From NCBI RefSeq assembly GCF_055900595.2, contig NZ_CM148325.1: a DNA stretch of 64,000 nt; one strand, given 5' to 3'. Within the stretch, counting starts at the first letter, position 1. Each line of letters opens with the position of its first letter. The translations under genes were made by a program, and so were the position numbers. The notes under the pieces are model-generated. The model was not told where the DNA came from. It saw only the letters and a list, made by a program, of their open reading frames with translations, and made no database searches. Below, piece after piece: positions 1-10,754 of the stretch.

Positions 1-29
1 GCGACTCACACTGCTTCTGGCAGCCTGGT

Positions 30-602
30 TTAGTCATTATGACTGGCATGGATTAACGTCAACCCCGGATGATGCCACAAACTGGCTGGCGTGACGGTTT
101 TACGCTCCCACGGAATAGAACCTAAGAACCAGAATTTCCAGAAAGTGAGTTTTGCATTTGGATTGCTGTTTAGCAGTTCTCCAAACGTCTCTATTTCACC
201 CACCGGAATACATAACGCCTCTTTATAAATATCAAAAACGAATTTTGAACAGAACTGGCGGGAAGATTCGTATTTAAAACCGGTGTGGTAGAACTTATGC
301 AACCGGGCAGGGACCTTTTCGACAAGAGCAAGTTTCTGCTCTGCGGTTAAACCTCCTGCCAGGCGGCGAACACCGTAGCGTTGCTCGGTCGACCGTTCAA
401 TAAATCGTGACAAAGTTGTGATTGTGGAGAGCGGAACTCGACTCTCCGCAACCAGGTAATCATCACCGTCATGTCCGATGATTATCCCCACATGGTTGCT
501 CCAGCATTTCGAGGCTGCAGAGATTTGCCCAAACAGGCGAGCACCGATGCAGGTAAAAACAATATCACCGGTTTCATATTTAGCTGGGTAATTTATTTTC
601 AC
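30..602 (-). CDS. yebB: YebB-like protein (conserved core gene divergent from ruvA); apparent GTG start at 600-602
   Basis: 190-aa ORF; position divergent from ruvA matches core synteny; protein recalled as YebB-like from memory, not verified. Confidence 0.65.
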   Translation of the reverse strand: MKINYPAKYETGDIVFTCIGARLFGQISAASKCWSNHVGIIIGHDGDDYLVAESRVPLSTITTLSRFIERSTEQRYGVRRLAGGLTAEQKLALVEKVPARLHKFYHTGFKYESSRQFCSKFVFDIYKEALCIPVGEIETFGELLNSNPNAKLTFWKFWFLGSIPWERKTVTPASLWHHPGLTLIHASHND

Positions 603-695
603 TATATCAATCCATTATTTATATATAAAACAGCATCTATCTTTCGTGATGGTAAAGCATTAGCATTGTATTGTAATAATGACAAGGAATGTTTT

Positions 696-1520
696 ATGCG
701 GTTATTTATTAATGTGATAATGATAGTTTCGATCAGTCAATGCGTGAATGTATTTGCTCAAGATAATGTCATTCGCTATCCCTGGCGATATGGACGTATT
801 TCTTTAAATGAGAATAATGAGTTTGTGCCTCAAATTATTCATATGCGTGATGATATCTACGGCGTGGGTGAAGTTGGTGCAAGCCTTAACGATGCGAGAA
901 TGGCGCAAAGTGGTGTCACCGTGAGGCTTAGCGTTATACAGCAGGGGCAGGTGGTGAATGCTTTACTGGATTTCTACAATAGCAATAATCAACCTGCTTA
1001 TATATTTGAAGGCGGTTTATTGTCCTGCAATAAAGCCTTTGACATCACAACAAACAACATTGTCCTTGATGGGATGTGTGGAATTTATGATGGGGTCGAT
1101 GGCTGGCAAGTTATTCCTGCGGGTGAGCATTATAAAGAATCGTTTTCACTCACTCAGGCTTTTGAATTCTTGCCGGGAAAACATCATTATAAAATTAATG
1201 CCGGAGGTTTTATCATCAGAGTCGGGGATGATATTTTTGCAAGAGAAGATGCCGAAAGCATTCTTTTTGATTTGATTAACTGGCGATATGGCTATGTGCT
1301 AAAAAGTTATGAAAGGGTGTCAAAGGGGGATTTGATGGCAGGATATTATGCTCTGTATGAATACTCAGGCGCTGACATAATTGATGAGTATGATATTTAC
1401 TCAAACCAGGTGTCGATTGATCTTAATGGTGACGAGTTAGCACATACGGAGTCCTATCAGTGGCGAATTGATAGCGGAATGATCCCGGAAAAATTCAGCG
1501 TTCAGGGACTCGCTGAATGA
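696..1520 (+). CDS. hypothetical secreted protein, 274 aa, with predicted Sec signal peptide (MRLFINVIMIVSISQCVNVFA / QDNV)
   Basis: ATG at 696 preceded by AAGGA (684-688); N-terminus has n/h/c signal-peptide architecture with V at -3 and A at -1; the track ORF 471-1520 is trimmed because 471-602 overlaps yebB. Confidence 0.55.
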   Translation: MRLFINVIMIVSISQCVNVFAQDNVIRYPWRYGRISLNENNEFVPQIIHMRDDIYGVGEVGASLNDARMAQSGVTVRLSVIQQGQVVNALLDFYNSNNQPAYIFEGGLLSCNKAFDITTNNIVLDGMCGIYDGVDGWQVIPAGEHYKESFSLTQAFEFLPGKHHYKINAGGFIIRVGDDIFAREDAESILFDLINWRYGYVLKSYERVSKGDLMAGYYALYEYSGADIIDEYDIYSNQVSIDLNGDELAHTESYQWRIDSGMIPEKFSVQGLAE

Positions 1521-1557
1521 ATCGTCCTCTACCTGCTTGCCAGATACAGAGGCGCGG

Positions 1558-2127
1558 ATGAATTTATCAAGCGTATTCAATCAGCTTTTAATCTCATTAG
1601 CTCTTGCCGGGACGTTGATATCAAGCAGCTATCTCATGGAAGCTCACTACCCGCGTTTCAGGAAGCCAATTGCGTTCTTTTACTTCTTCTTAGCAATTTA
1701 TACCAGTTATGCTGCCGTTCTGGAGTATGAGTACCACCGCACTAGCTTGACTACGCTCGCAAAAGTTTCTTCGGTTCGTTATACCAGTAATTTTGAGCGT
1801 AGCGCCTCGCACTCCTGCAATTTACTGCGGGGAGGAAGGATTGATTGCACGGGGCTGTATGCCTATGACCTGACCTGGCAGATTGACGGTAAGACCTGGA
1901 ATTTGCATGTTGAGGACAAGCGTATAAAACCAGGATTCACCATGTGCGTGAAGGTTGTAAAAGATCGCCCCGCCATCGGGAAATCCTGTGAAAACGCGTT
2001 TTTCAATGTCAGCCCTTTGCCGATTCTGATAGCTATATGGGCAATCAGCGCATTTATATTTGCGGTCTTACTCCTTCACAGACTAAAAAAATGCCGCAAA
2101 TGGAAGCACGCCAGCAAGGGGCGTTGA
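1558..2127 (+). CDS. hypothetical membrane protein, 189 aa, about three hydrophobic segments and a Cys-containing loop of about 90 aa
   Basis: ATG at 1558 with AGAGG 5 nt upstream (alternative TTG at 1537); hydrophobic stretches LLISLALAGTLISS, IAFFYFFLAIYTSYAAVL, LPILIAIWAISAFIFAVLLL; 37 nt downstream of ORF1, same strand. Confidence 0.5.
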   Translation: MNLSSVFNQLLISLALAGTLISSSYLMEAHYPRFRKPIAFFYFFLAIYTSYAAVLEYEYHRTSLTTLAKVSSVRYTSNFERSASHSCNLLRGGRIDCTGLYAYDLTWQIDGKTWNLHVEDKRIKPGFTMCVKVVKDRPAIGKSCENAFFNVSPLPILIAIWAISAFIFAVLLLHRLKKCRKWKHASKGR

Positions 2128-2229
2128 AAAATTGGGCATTAGAAGTGTGATGTAAGGGGGATTCATACAGAATTTCTGATGCTGTGAGCAAAAGGATTAT
2201 CATTTCTGAAATGATTTAATATCATCCCT

Positions 2230-2249
2230 CGCTGGATATCTATCCAGCA
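2230..2249. promoter_or_regulatory. LexA (SOS) box of the ruvAB promoter, CTGGATATCTATCCAG
   Basis: CTG-N10-CAG palindrome at 2232-2247, 50 nt upstream of ruvA start. Confidence 0.8.
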
Positions 2250-2298
2250 TTTTTTTATCATACAGCATTATCTTTGATTCATTACGCAGGAGCGTCAT

Positions 2299-2910
2299 GT
2301 GATAGGCAGACTCAGAGGCATCATCATTGAAAAACAACCCCCACTGGTATTAATTGAAGTGGGCGGCGTAGGCTATGAAGTGCATATGCCGATGACCTGT
2401 TTTTATGAACTCCCTGAAGCGGGTCAGGAAGCGATCGTTTTCACCCACTTTGTGGTGCGTGAAGACGCGCAACTGCTGTACGGTTTTAACAATAAACAAG
2501 AGCGCACGTTGTTCAAAGAGTTGATCAAAACCAACGGCGTTGGGCCTAAACTGGCATTGGCAATCCTCTCCGGAATGTCAGCGCAGCAGTTCGTTAATGC
2601 CGTTGAGCGTGAAGAAGTGGGGGCGCTGGTGAAACTGCCGGGTATTGGCAAAAAAACCGCCGAACGCTTGATTGTCGAAATGAAAGACCGATTTAAAGGT
2701 TTACATGGCGATCTCTTTACGCCAGCTGCCGACCTGGTACTCACGTCACCTGCCAGCCCGGCGACCGATGATGCCGAACAGGAAGCGGTTGCCGCGCTGG
2801 TGGCGCTGGGCTATAAACCACAAGAAGCAAGCCGCATGGTGAGCAAAATCGCTCGCCCTGACGCCAGCAGTGAAACATTAATTCGCGAAGCCCTGCGCGC
2901 CGCGTTATGA
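2299..2910 (+). CDS. ruvA: Holliday junction branch migration complex subunit RuvA (GTG start)
   Basis: 203-aa [31 protein letters not shown]... recognised as RuvA. Confidence 0.97.
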   Translation: MIGRLRGIIIEKQPPLVLIEVGGVGYEVHMPMTCFYELPEAGQEAIVFTHFVVREDAQLLYGFNNKQERTLFKELIKTNGVGPKLALAILSGMSAQQFVNAVEREEVGALVKLPGIGKKTAERLIVEMKDRFKGLHGDLFTPAADLVLTSPASPATDDAEQEAVAALVALGYKPQEASRMVSKIARPDASSETLIREALRAAL

Positions 2911-2915
2911 GGTAA

Positions 2916-3929
<1,014 letters not shown>

Positions 3930-3970
3930 GTTGAATAAGGTATTCAAGCCGCTTCCGACATTGGCGATAA

Positions 3971-4059
3971 GCCTGATGCGACGCTGTTCGCGTCTTATCA
4001 GGCCTACCAGAAGTAGCGAACCGTAGGTCGGATAAGGCGCTCGCGCCGCATCCGACAAA
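3971..4059. repeat. pair of REP (repetitive extragenic palindromic) elements
   Basis: GCCTGATGCGACGCTG...CTTATCAGGCCTAC and GTAGGTCGGATAAGGCGCTCGCGCCGCATCCGACAA palindromic units between convergent ruvB and znuB. Confidence 0.75.
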
Positions 4060-4075
4060 TGTGTTCAGCGACAGA

Positions 4076-4861
4076 TTAGCTGGCCTGCTTTTTCATCATA
4101 CTGATAATAAATAACAGTGCCGCACATAGCACTACCGACGGACCCGCCGGCGTATCGTAAAATGCGGAAAAGGTTAAACCGCCAGTTACTGCCACCATTC
4201 CCACCAAAACAGCGACACCGGCCATCTGTTCCGGCGTGCGGGCAAAGCGACGCGCTGTAGCTGCAGGAATAATCAGCAGCGAAGTAATAATCAACGCGCC
4301 GACAAATTTCATCGCTACACCAATCGTCAATGCTGTCACCAGCATCAACAACAATTTCACGCGCTGTAATTTCACACCATCAACAAACGCCAGATCCGGG
4401 CTAATCGTCATTGACAGCAAATTGCGCCATTGCCAGAACAGAATCGCCACCACGATGACCACGCCAATCGCAATAGAGATGAGATCTTCTGGCGTCACTG
4501 CCAGCAAATCACCGAACAGGTAAGCCATCAAATCAACACGAATGTTAGACATCAGACTAACGACCACCAGGCCCAGCGACAGGGCACTGTGCGCCATAAT
4601 CCCTAATAACGTGTCGATCGCCAGCTGTGGGCGCTTCTCCAGCCATACCAGACCGCCCGCCAGCAGCAGCGTAACCGCAATCACCGCATAGAATGGATTA
4701 ACGTCCAGCAACAAACCAAACGCGACGCCAAGTAACGAGGCATGAGCCAGTGTATCACCGAAATAAGACATACGACGCCAGACCACAAACGAACCCAGCG
4801 GACCCGCGGCACAGGCGAGCATGATCCCGGCTAACCAACCAGGAAATAATAATTCAATCAT
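4076..4861 (-). CDS. znuB: zinc ABC transporter permease ZnuB
   Basis: 261-aa polytopic membrane ORF; synteny with znuC and znuA. Confidence 0.95.
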
Positions 4862-5613
4862 GAGCGATCATTTCCCCGACGCAAAACAATTCGTCCCTGT
4901 AAATCGTGACGATGATTATGATGATGGCGATAGATACCCAGTTGTTCAGCACCACGAGGACCAAACATAGAAATAAACTCCGGATGCAGGGAAACAACTT
5001 CCGGTGTGCCGGAACAACAAATGTGGTGATTCAGGCAAAGCACTTCATCGGTTTTTGCCATTACCAGATGCAGATCGTGAGAGACCATTAAAACGCCACA
5101 ATCCAGTTCGCGACGCAACTGGTCAATAAGGTCATATAACGCCACCTGACCATTCACATCCACGCCCTGAGTGGGTTCATCCAGCACTAATAATTGCGGT
5201 CGATTTAACAATGCTCGCGCTAACAATACACGCTGTGTTTCGCCACCCGAGAGCTTTTGCATCGGTGCGTTAATCAGATGCCCGGCCTGGACACGTTTCA
5301 GTGCAGGCAAAATATCTTCTTTATGTGTGCCAGGGCGTAAGCGTAAAAATCGATTTACGGTCAGTGGCAATGTTGTGTCGAGATACAGCTTCTGCGGTAC
5401 GTAGCCGATGCGCAGTTTTCCGTTGCGCTTGATAACCCCTTCATCGGGTGTTACCAGTCCGAGCACTACCCGTACCAGTGTCGACTTACCTGCGCCATTT
5501 GGCCCAAGTAAAGTTAAAATTTTTCCAGGTTTAAGTTCCAGCGACACATCAGAGAGGACGCGGCGTTGGCCGAAAGAAACCGAGACATTTTCCAGGGAAA
5601 CCAGACTTGTCAT
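4858..5613 (-). CDS. znuC: zinc ABC transporter ATP-binding protein ZnuC
   Basis: 251-aa ORF with Walker [10 protein letters not shown] and ABC signature LSGGETQR; 4-nt overlap with znuB. Confidence 0.95.
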
Positions 5614-5637
5614 GTTAATTTTAGTCTTGCAGTAGTC

Positions 5638-5662
5638 ATGAAATGTTATAATATCACACTTC
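5638..5662. promoter_or_regulatory. Zur box in the divergent znuCB / znuA promoter region
   Basis: GAAATGTTATAATATCACA matches the Zur operator consensus GAAATGTTATANTATAACATTTC; sits between the divergent znuC and znuA starts. Confidence 0.7.
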
Positions 5663-5691
5663 TCATATTCATTACGATGATTGGTCGCATT

Positions 5692-6624
5692 ATGTTACAT
5701 AAAAAAACGCTTCTTTTCGCAGCATTATCCGCCGCTCTCTGGGGGGGTGCAACACAGGCCGCAGATGCTGCCGTTGTCGCTTCGCTTAAACCCGTTGGGT
5801 TCATCGCTTCTGCCATTGCTGATGGGGTAACAGAAACGGAGGTTTTACTACCTGACGGCGCTTCAGAACATGATTATTCACTGCGTCCATCAGATGTAAA
5901 ACGCTTACAGAACGCGGACTTAGTCGTTTGGGTTGGCCCGGAGATGGAAGCGTTCATGCAAAAACCGGTAAGTAAATTACCTGAAGCGAAACAGGTAACG
6001 ATTGCGCAGCTAGAGAATGTGAAACCGCTGCTGATGAAAAGTATTCACGGCGATGATGATGATCACGACCACGCGGAAAAAAGTGACGAAGATCACCATC
6101 ACGGCGATTTCAACATGCATCTTTGGCTTTCCCCAGAGATAGCGCGGGCTACAGCGGTTGCAATCCATGGAAAATTAGTGGAACTTATGCCGCAAAGTCG
6201 AGCCAAACTTGACGCCAACCTGAAGGATTTTGAGGCACAATTAGCCTCAACCGAAAAGCAGGTTGGTAACGAGCTCGCGCCGCTCAAGGGGAAAGGTTAT
6301 TTCGTTTTTCACGATGCTTACGGCTATTTCGAAAAACAGTTCGGACTGACACCGCTTGGTCATTTTACCGTTAACCCTGAGATTCAACCTGGCGCGCAGC
6401 GTTTACATGAAATAAGAACACAGTTGGTTGAGCAAAAAGCAACCTGCGTTTTTGCTGAGCCACAGTTCAGGCCAGCGGTCGTTGAGAGCGTCGCACGAGG
6501 GACATCCGTTCGTATGGGAACGTTGGATCCCCTGGGGACGAATATCAAACTGGGTAAAACAAGCTATTCAGAATTCCTGAATCAATTAGCCAACCAGTAT
6601 GCGAGCTGCCTGAAAGGAGATTAA
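5692..6624 (+). CDS. znuA: periplasmic zinc-binding protein ZnuA (start at MLHKKTLLF; track ORF 5566-6624 is an upstream extension)
   Basis: 310 aa with signal peptide and His/Asp-rich loop [21 protein letters not shown]. Confidence 0.93.
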
Positions 6625-6639
6625 TGAGGAAGTGATTAC

Positions 6640-7962
6640 GTGCAACAGATAGCCCGCTCTGTCGCCCTGGCGTTTAATAATTTACCGCGACCACACCGCG
6701 TTATGTTGGGGTCGCTCACCGTTCTTACTCTGGCCGTCGCTGTCTGGCGGCCCTATGTTTATCACCGCGATGCCACGCCAATTGTCAAAACCATTGAGCT
6801 GGAACAGAACGAAATTCGTTCGCTCTTACCTGAAGCCAGTGAGCCGATTGATCAAGCTGCACAAGAAGATGAAGCCATTCCCCAGGATGAACTGGATGAC
6901 AAAATCGCCGGTGAAGCGGGCGTGCATGAATATGTTGTTTCCACTGGCGATACGCTAAGCAGCATTCTCAATCAGTATGGTATTGATATGGGTGATATCA
7001 CCCAACTGGCTGCTGCTGACAAAGAATTGCGTAACCTGAAAATCGGTCAACAACTTTCCTGGACATTAACCGCGGACGGCGAATTGCAGCGCCTTACCTG
7101 GGAAGTATCTCGTCGGGAAACCCGAACCTATGACCGTACTGCCGCTAACGGTTTTAAAATGACCAGCGAAATGCAGCAAGGAGAGTGGGTCAACAATCTG
7201 CTGAAAGGTACCGTCGGGGGAAGCTTTGTTGCCAGCGCCAGAAACGCCGGTTTAACCAGCGCCGAAGTGAGCGCAGTGATTAAAGCCATGCAGTGGCAAA
7301 TGGATTTCCGCAAACTGAAAAAAGGCGATGAATTTGCGGTGTTAATGTCACGAGAAATGCTTGATGGCAAACGTGAGCAAAGCCAACTGCTGGGCGTACG
7401 TTTGCGTTCAGAAGGTAAAGATTATTACGCAATCCGCGCTGAAGATGGCAAATTCTACGATCGTAACGGTACTGGTCTGGCGAAAGGATTCTTGCGATTC
7501 CCGACGGCGAAACAGTTCCGTATCTCGTCTAACTTTAACCCGCGTCGTACTAATCCGGTGACTGGTCGTGTTGCGCCACACAGAGGTGTTGATTTCGCCA
7601 TGCCACAGGGTACGCCAGTGCTTTCAGTGGGTGACGGTGAAGTGGTGGTTGCCAAACGCAGTGGCGCAGCAGGTTATTATGTGGCTATTCGTCATGGTCG
7701 TAGCTACACCACGCGTTATATGCACTTGCGTAAGATTCTGGTGAAACCAGGACAGAAAGTGAAACGTGGCGACCGTATCGCGCTTTCCGGTAATACTGGG
7801 CGTTCAACCGGGCCGCATTTGCACTATGAAGTCTGGATCAACCAGCAGGCCGTAAACCCGTTGACGGCAAAATTGCCGCGTACCGAAGGGCTGACCGGCT
7901 CCGATCGTCGCGAATTCCTGGCGCAGGCCAAAGAGATTGTGCCGCAGCTACGGTTTGATTAA
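6640..7962 (+). CDS. mepM: murein DD-endopeptidase MepM (YebA), M23/LysM family, GTG start
   Basis: 440-aa ORF with M23 motifs HRGVDFA and GPHLHYEV. Confidence 0.93.
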
Positions 7963-7978
7963 TTAACATCCATTCGCA

Positions 7979-8009
7979 GCCGGTACGCAGTCAGTACCGG
8001 CTTTTTTTA
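7979..8009 (+). terminator. rho-independent terminator downstream of mepM
   Basis: GCCGGTACGCAGTCAGTACCGGC hairpin followed by TTTTTTT. Confidence 0.8.
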
Positions 8010-8081
8010 TTTGGTGCGGGGCAAGTTGCGCCGCTACACTATCACCAGATTGATTTTTGCCTTATCCGAAACTGGAAAAGC

Positions 8082-9053
8082 ATGGAAACGAAAAAAAATA
8101 ATAGCGAATACATTCCTGAGTTTGATAAATCCTTTCGCCATCCTCGCTACTGGGGAGCATGGCTGGGCGTAGCAGCGATGGCGGGTATCGCTTTAACACC
8201 GCCAAAGTTCCGCGATCCCATTCTGGCACGGCTGGGACGTTTTGCCGGACGACTGGGAAAAAGCTCACGCCGTCGTGCGTTAATCAATCTGTCGCTCTGC
8301 TTTCCAGAACGTAGTGAAGCCGAGCGCGAAGCGATTGTTGATGAGATGTTTGCCACCGCGCCGCAAGCGATGGCAATGATGGCTGAGTTGGCAATACGCG
8401 GGCCGGAGAAAATTCAGCCGCGTGTTGACTGGCAAGGACTGGAGATCATTGAAGAGATGCGGCGTAATAACGAGAAAGTGATCTTTCTGGTGCCGCACGG
8501 CTGGGCCGTCGATATCCCTGCCATGCTGATGGCCTCGCAAGGGCAGAAAATGGCAGCGATGTTCCATAATCAGGGTAACCCGGTTTTTGATTATGTCTGG
8601 AACACGGTGCGTCGTCGTTTTGGCGGTCGTCTGCATGCGAGAAATGATGGTATTAAGCCTTTCATCCAGTCGGTACGTCAGGGCTACTGGGGATATTATT
8701 TACCCGATCAGGATCATGGCCCCGAGCACAGTGAGTTTGTTGATTTCTTTGCCACCTATAAAGCGACGTTGCCCGCGATTGGTCGATTGATGAAAGTGTG
8801 CCGTGCGCGCGTTGTACCGCTGTTTCCAATTTATGATGGCAAAACGCATCGTTTGACGATTCAGGTGCGCCCACCGATGGATGATCTGTTAGAGGCGGAT
8901 GACCATACGATTGCGCGGCGGATGAATGAAGAAGTCGAGATTTTTGTTGGTCCGCGACCAGAACAATACACCTGGATATTAAAATTGCTGAAAACTCGCA
9001 AACCGGGCGAAATCCAACCGTATAAGCGCAAAGATCTTTATCCCATCAAATAA
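8082..9053 (+). CDS. lpxM: lipid A myristoyltransferase LpxM (MsbB)
   Basis: 323-aa [27 protein letters not shown]... recognised. Confidence 0.95.
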
Positions 9054-9054
9054 A

Positions 9055-9080
9055 AAAAGCCTCTCGCGAGGAGAGGCTTC
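9055..9080. terminator. hairpin between convergent lpxM and pykA (T-run on the minus strand)
   Basis: AAAAAGCCTCTCGCGAGGAGAGGCTT stem-loop flanked by an A-run. Confidence 0.5.
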
Positions 9081-9143
9081 CGCCGTGTGATAAGTTCAAG
9101 TTTGCTTCAGAAGATTCGAAATCTGTTGAACTATCATTGAACT

Positions 9144-9179
9144 GTAGGCCGGATGAGGCGTTTTCGCCGCATCCGGCAA
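9144..9179. repeat. REP element
   Basis: GTAGGCCGGATGAGGCGTTTTCGCCGCATCCGGCAA. Confidence 0.7.
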
Positions 9180-9184
9180 CGTAC

Positions 9185-10627
9185 TTACTCTACAGTTAAA
9201 ATACGCGTGGTATTAGTAGAACCCACGGTACTCATCACGTCGCCCTGGGTGACAATCACCAGGTCACCAGACATCAAGTAACCTTTATCGCGCAGCAGAT
9301 TAACCGCTTCGCTGGCAGCTGCTACGCCGTCATTAGCGCTATCAAAGTGCACCGGCGTAACGCCACGATAGAGAGCAGTCAGATTCAGCGTACGTTCATG
9401 GCGCGACATAGCGAAAATCGGCAGACCGGAGCTGATACGGGAGGTCATCAGAGCGGTACGACCCGATTCGGTCATAGTGATGATCGCCGTAACGCCTTTC
9501 AGGTGGTTAGCCGCGTACATCGCTGACATGGCGATAGCTTCTTCCACATTGTCGAACTGAACGTCCAGACGGTGTTTAGAAACGTTGATGCTCGGGATTT
9601 TTTCAGCACCCAGGCAAACACGCGCCATGGCTGCAACGGTTTCTGAAGGATACTGACCAGCAGCAGTTTCTGCAGACAGCATCACAGCGTCAGTACCATC
9701 CAGAACGGCGTTTGCTACGTCCATGACTTCCGCACGCGTCGGCATCGGGTTAGTAATCATTGACTCCATCATCTGGGTCGCAGTGATTACCGCGCGGTTT
9801 AGTTGACGTGCACGACGGATCAACGCTTTCTGAATGCCGACCAGTTCCGGGTCGCCAATTTCCACACCGAGGTCGCCGCGAGCAACCATTACCACGTCAG
9901 AGGCGAGGATGATGTCATCCATTGCATCCTGGCTGCAAACGGCTTCCGCACGTTCAACTTTGGCGACAATTTTTGCATCACAACCTGCGTCGCGAGCCAG
10001 GCGGCGTGCATAGTTCAGATCTTCGCCGCAGCGCGGGAAGGAAACAGCCAGGTAATCTACGCCAATCAACGCCGCAGTCTTAATGTCTGCTTTGTCTTTT
10101 TCGGTCAGCGCTTCAGCCGACAAACCACCGCCGAGTTTGTTGATACCTTTATTGTTGGAGAGCGGACCGCCGACGGTCACTTCGGTGAATACTTTCATGC
10201 CTTGAACTTCCAGTACTTTTAACTGGACGCGACCATCGTCCAACAGCAGGATGTCACCAGGCACGACGTCAGCAGGCAGGCCTTTGTAGTCGATACCGAC
10301 TTTTTCTTTGTCGCCTTCACCTTTACCCAGGTTGGCGTCGAGCAGGAATTTATCCCCAATATTGAGGAAAACTTTGCCTTCTTTAAAGGTGGATACACGA
10401 ATTTTGGGCCCCTGGAGGTCACCCAGAATAGCCACATGACGCCCCAGTTTTGCGGCAATTTCACGAACTTTATCCGCGCGCATTTTGTGATCTTCAGGAG
10501 AGCCGTGAGAAAAGTTCATACGTACAACGTTTGCACCCGCAGCGATAACTTTCTCAAGGTTATTATCGCGATCTGTTGCTGGGCCTAACGTGGTAACGAT
10601 TTTTGTTCTGCGAAGCCTTCTGGACAT
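9185..10627 (-). CDS. pykA: pyruvate kinase II PykA (start at [11 protein letters not shown]; track ORF has a 47-codon upstream extension)
   Basis: 480-aa pyruvate kinase sequence; GGAG-type RBS before the ATG at 10627. Confidence 0.95.
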
Positions 10628-10754
10628 GTAATACTCCGTTGACTGAAACAACCAGGTGTTGCTTGAACATGAAATCCGAATGAAATAACGCCGCGATGGC
10701 GATAAAGTAATCTCATTCGGATGTCGTATAAGATTAGAACAGTGACAGTCGTTT

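Larger units (their letters stand above)
603..2230 (+). other. AT-rich accessory insertion (islet) between yebB and ruvA carrying two ORFs of unknown function
   Basis: Core neighbours yebB and ruvA are separated by about 1.7 kb here; hand-counted GC about 26% for 601-720 and about 37% for 721-780 versus about 50% backbone; two ORFs I do not recognise. Confidence 0.6.

Noticed and set aside
471-695. N-terminal extension of the 349-aa track ORF 471-1520
   Set aside because: It overlaps the 5' coding end of yebB on the opposite strand and lacks an RBS; the internal ATG at 696 has an RBS and a signal-peptide-like N-terminus.
958-1275. 105-aa ORF in an alternative frame inside ORF1
   Set aside because: Fully nested in the longer ORF on the same strand; no independent support.
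603-2230. IS element, transposase, integrase or inverted/direct terminal repeats at the insertion
   Set aside because: Neither ORF resembles a transposase or recombinase and I found no obvious terminal repeats by eye, so the insertion is not called a mobile element; the mechanism of acquisition is unresolved.
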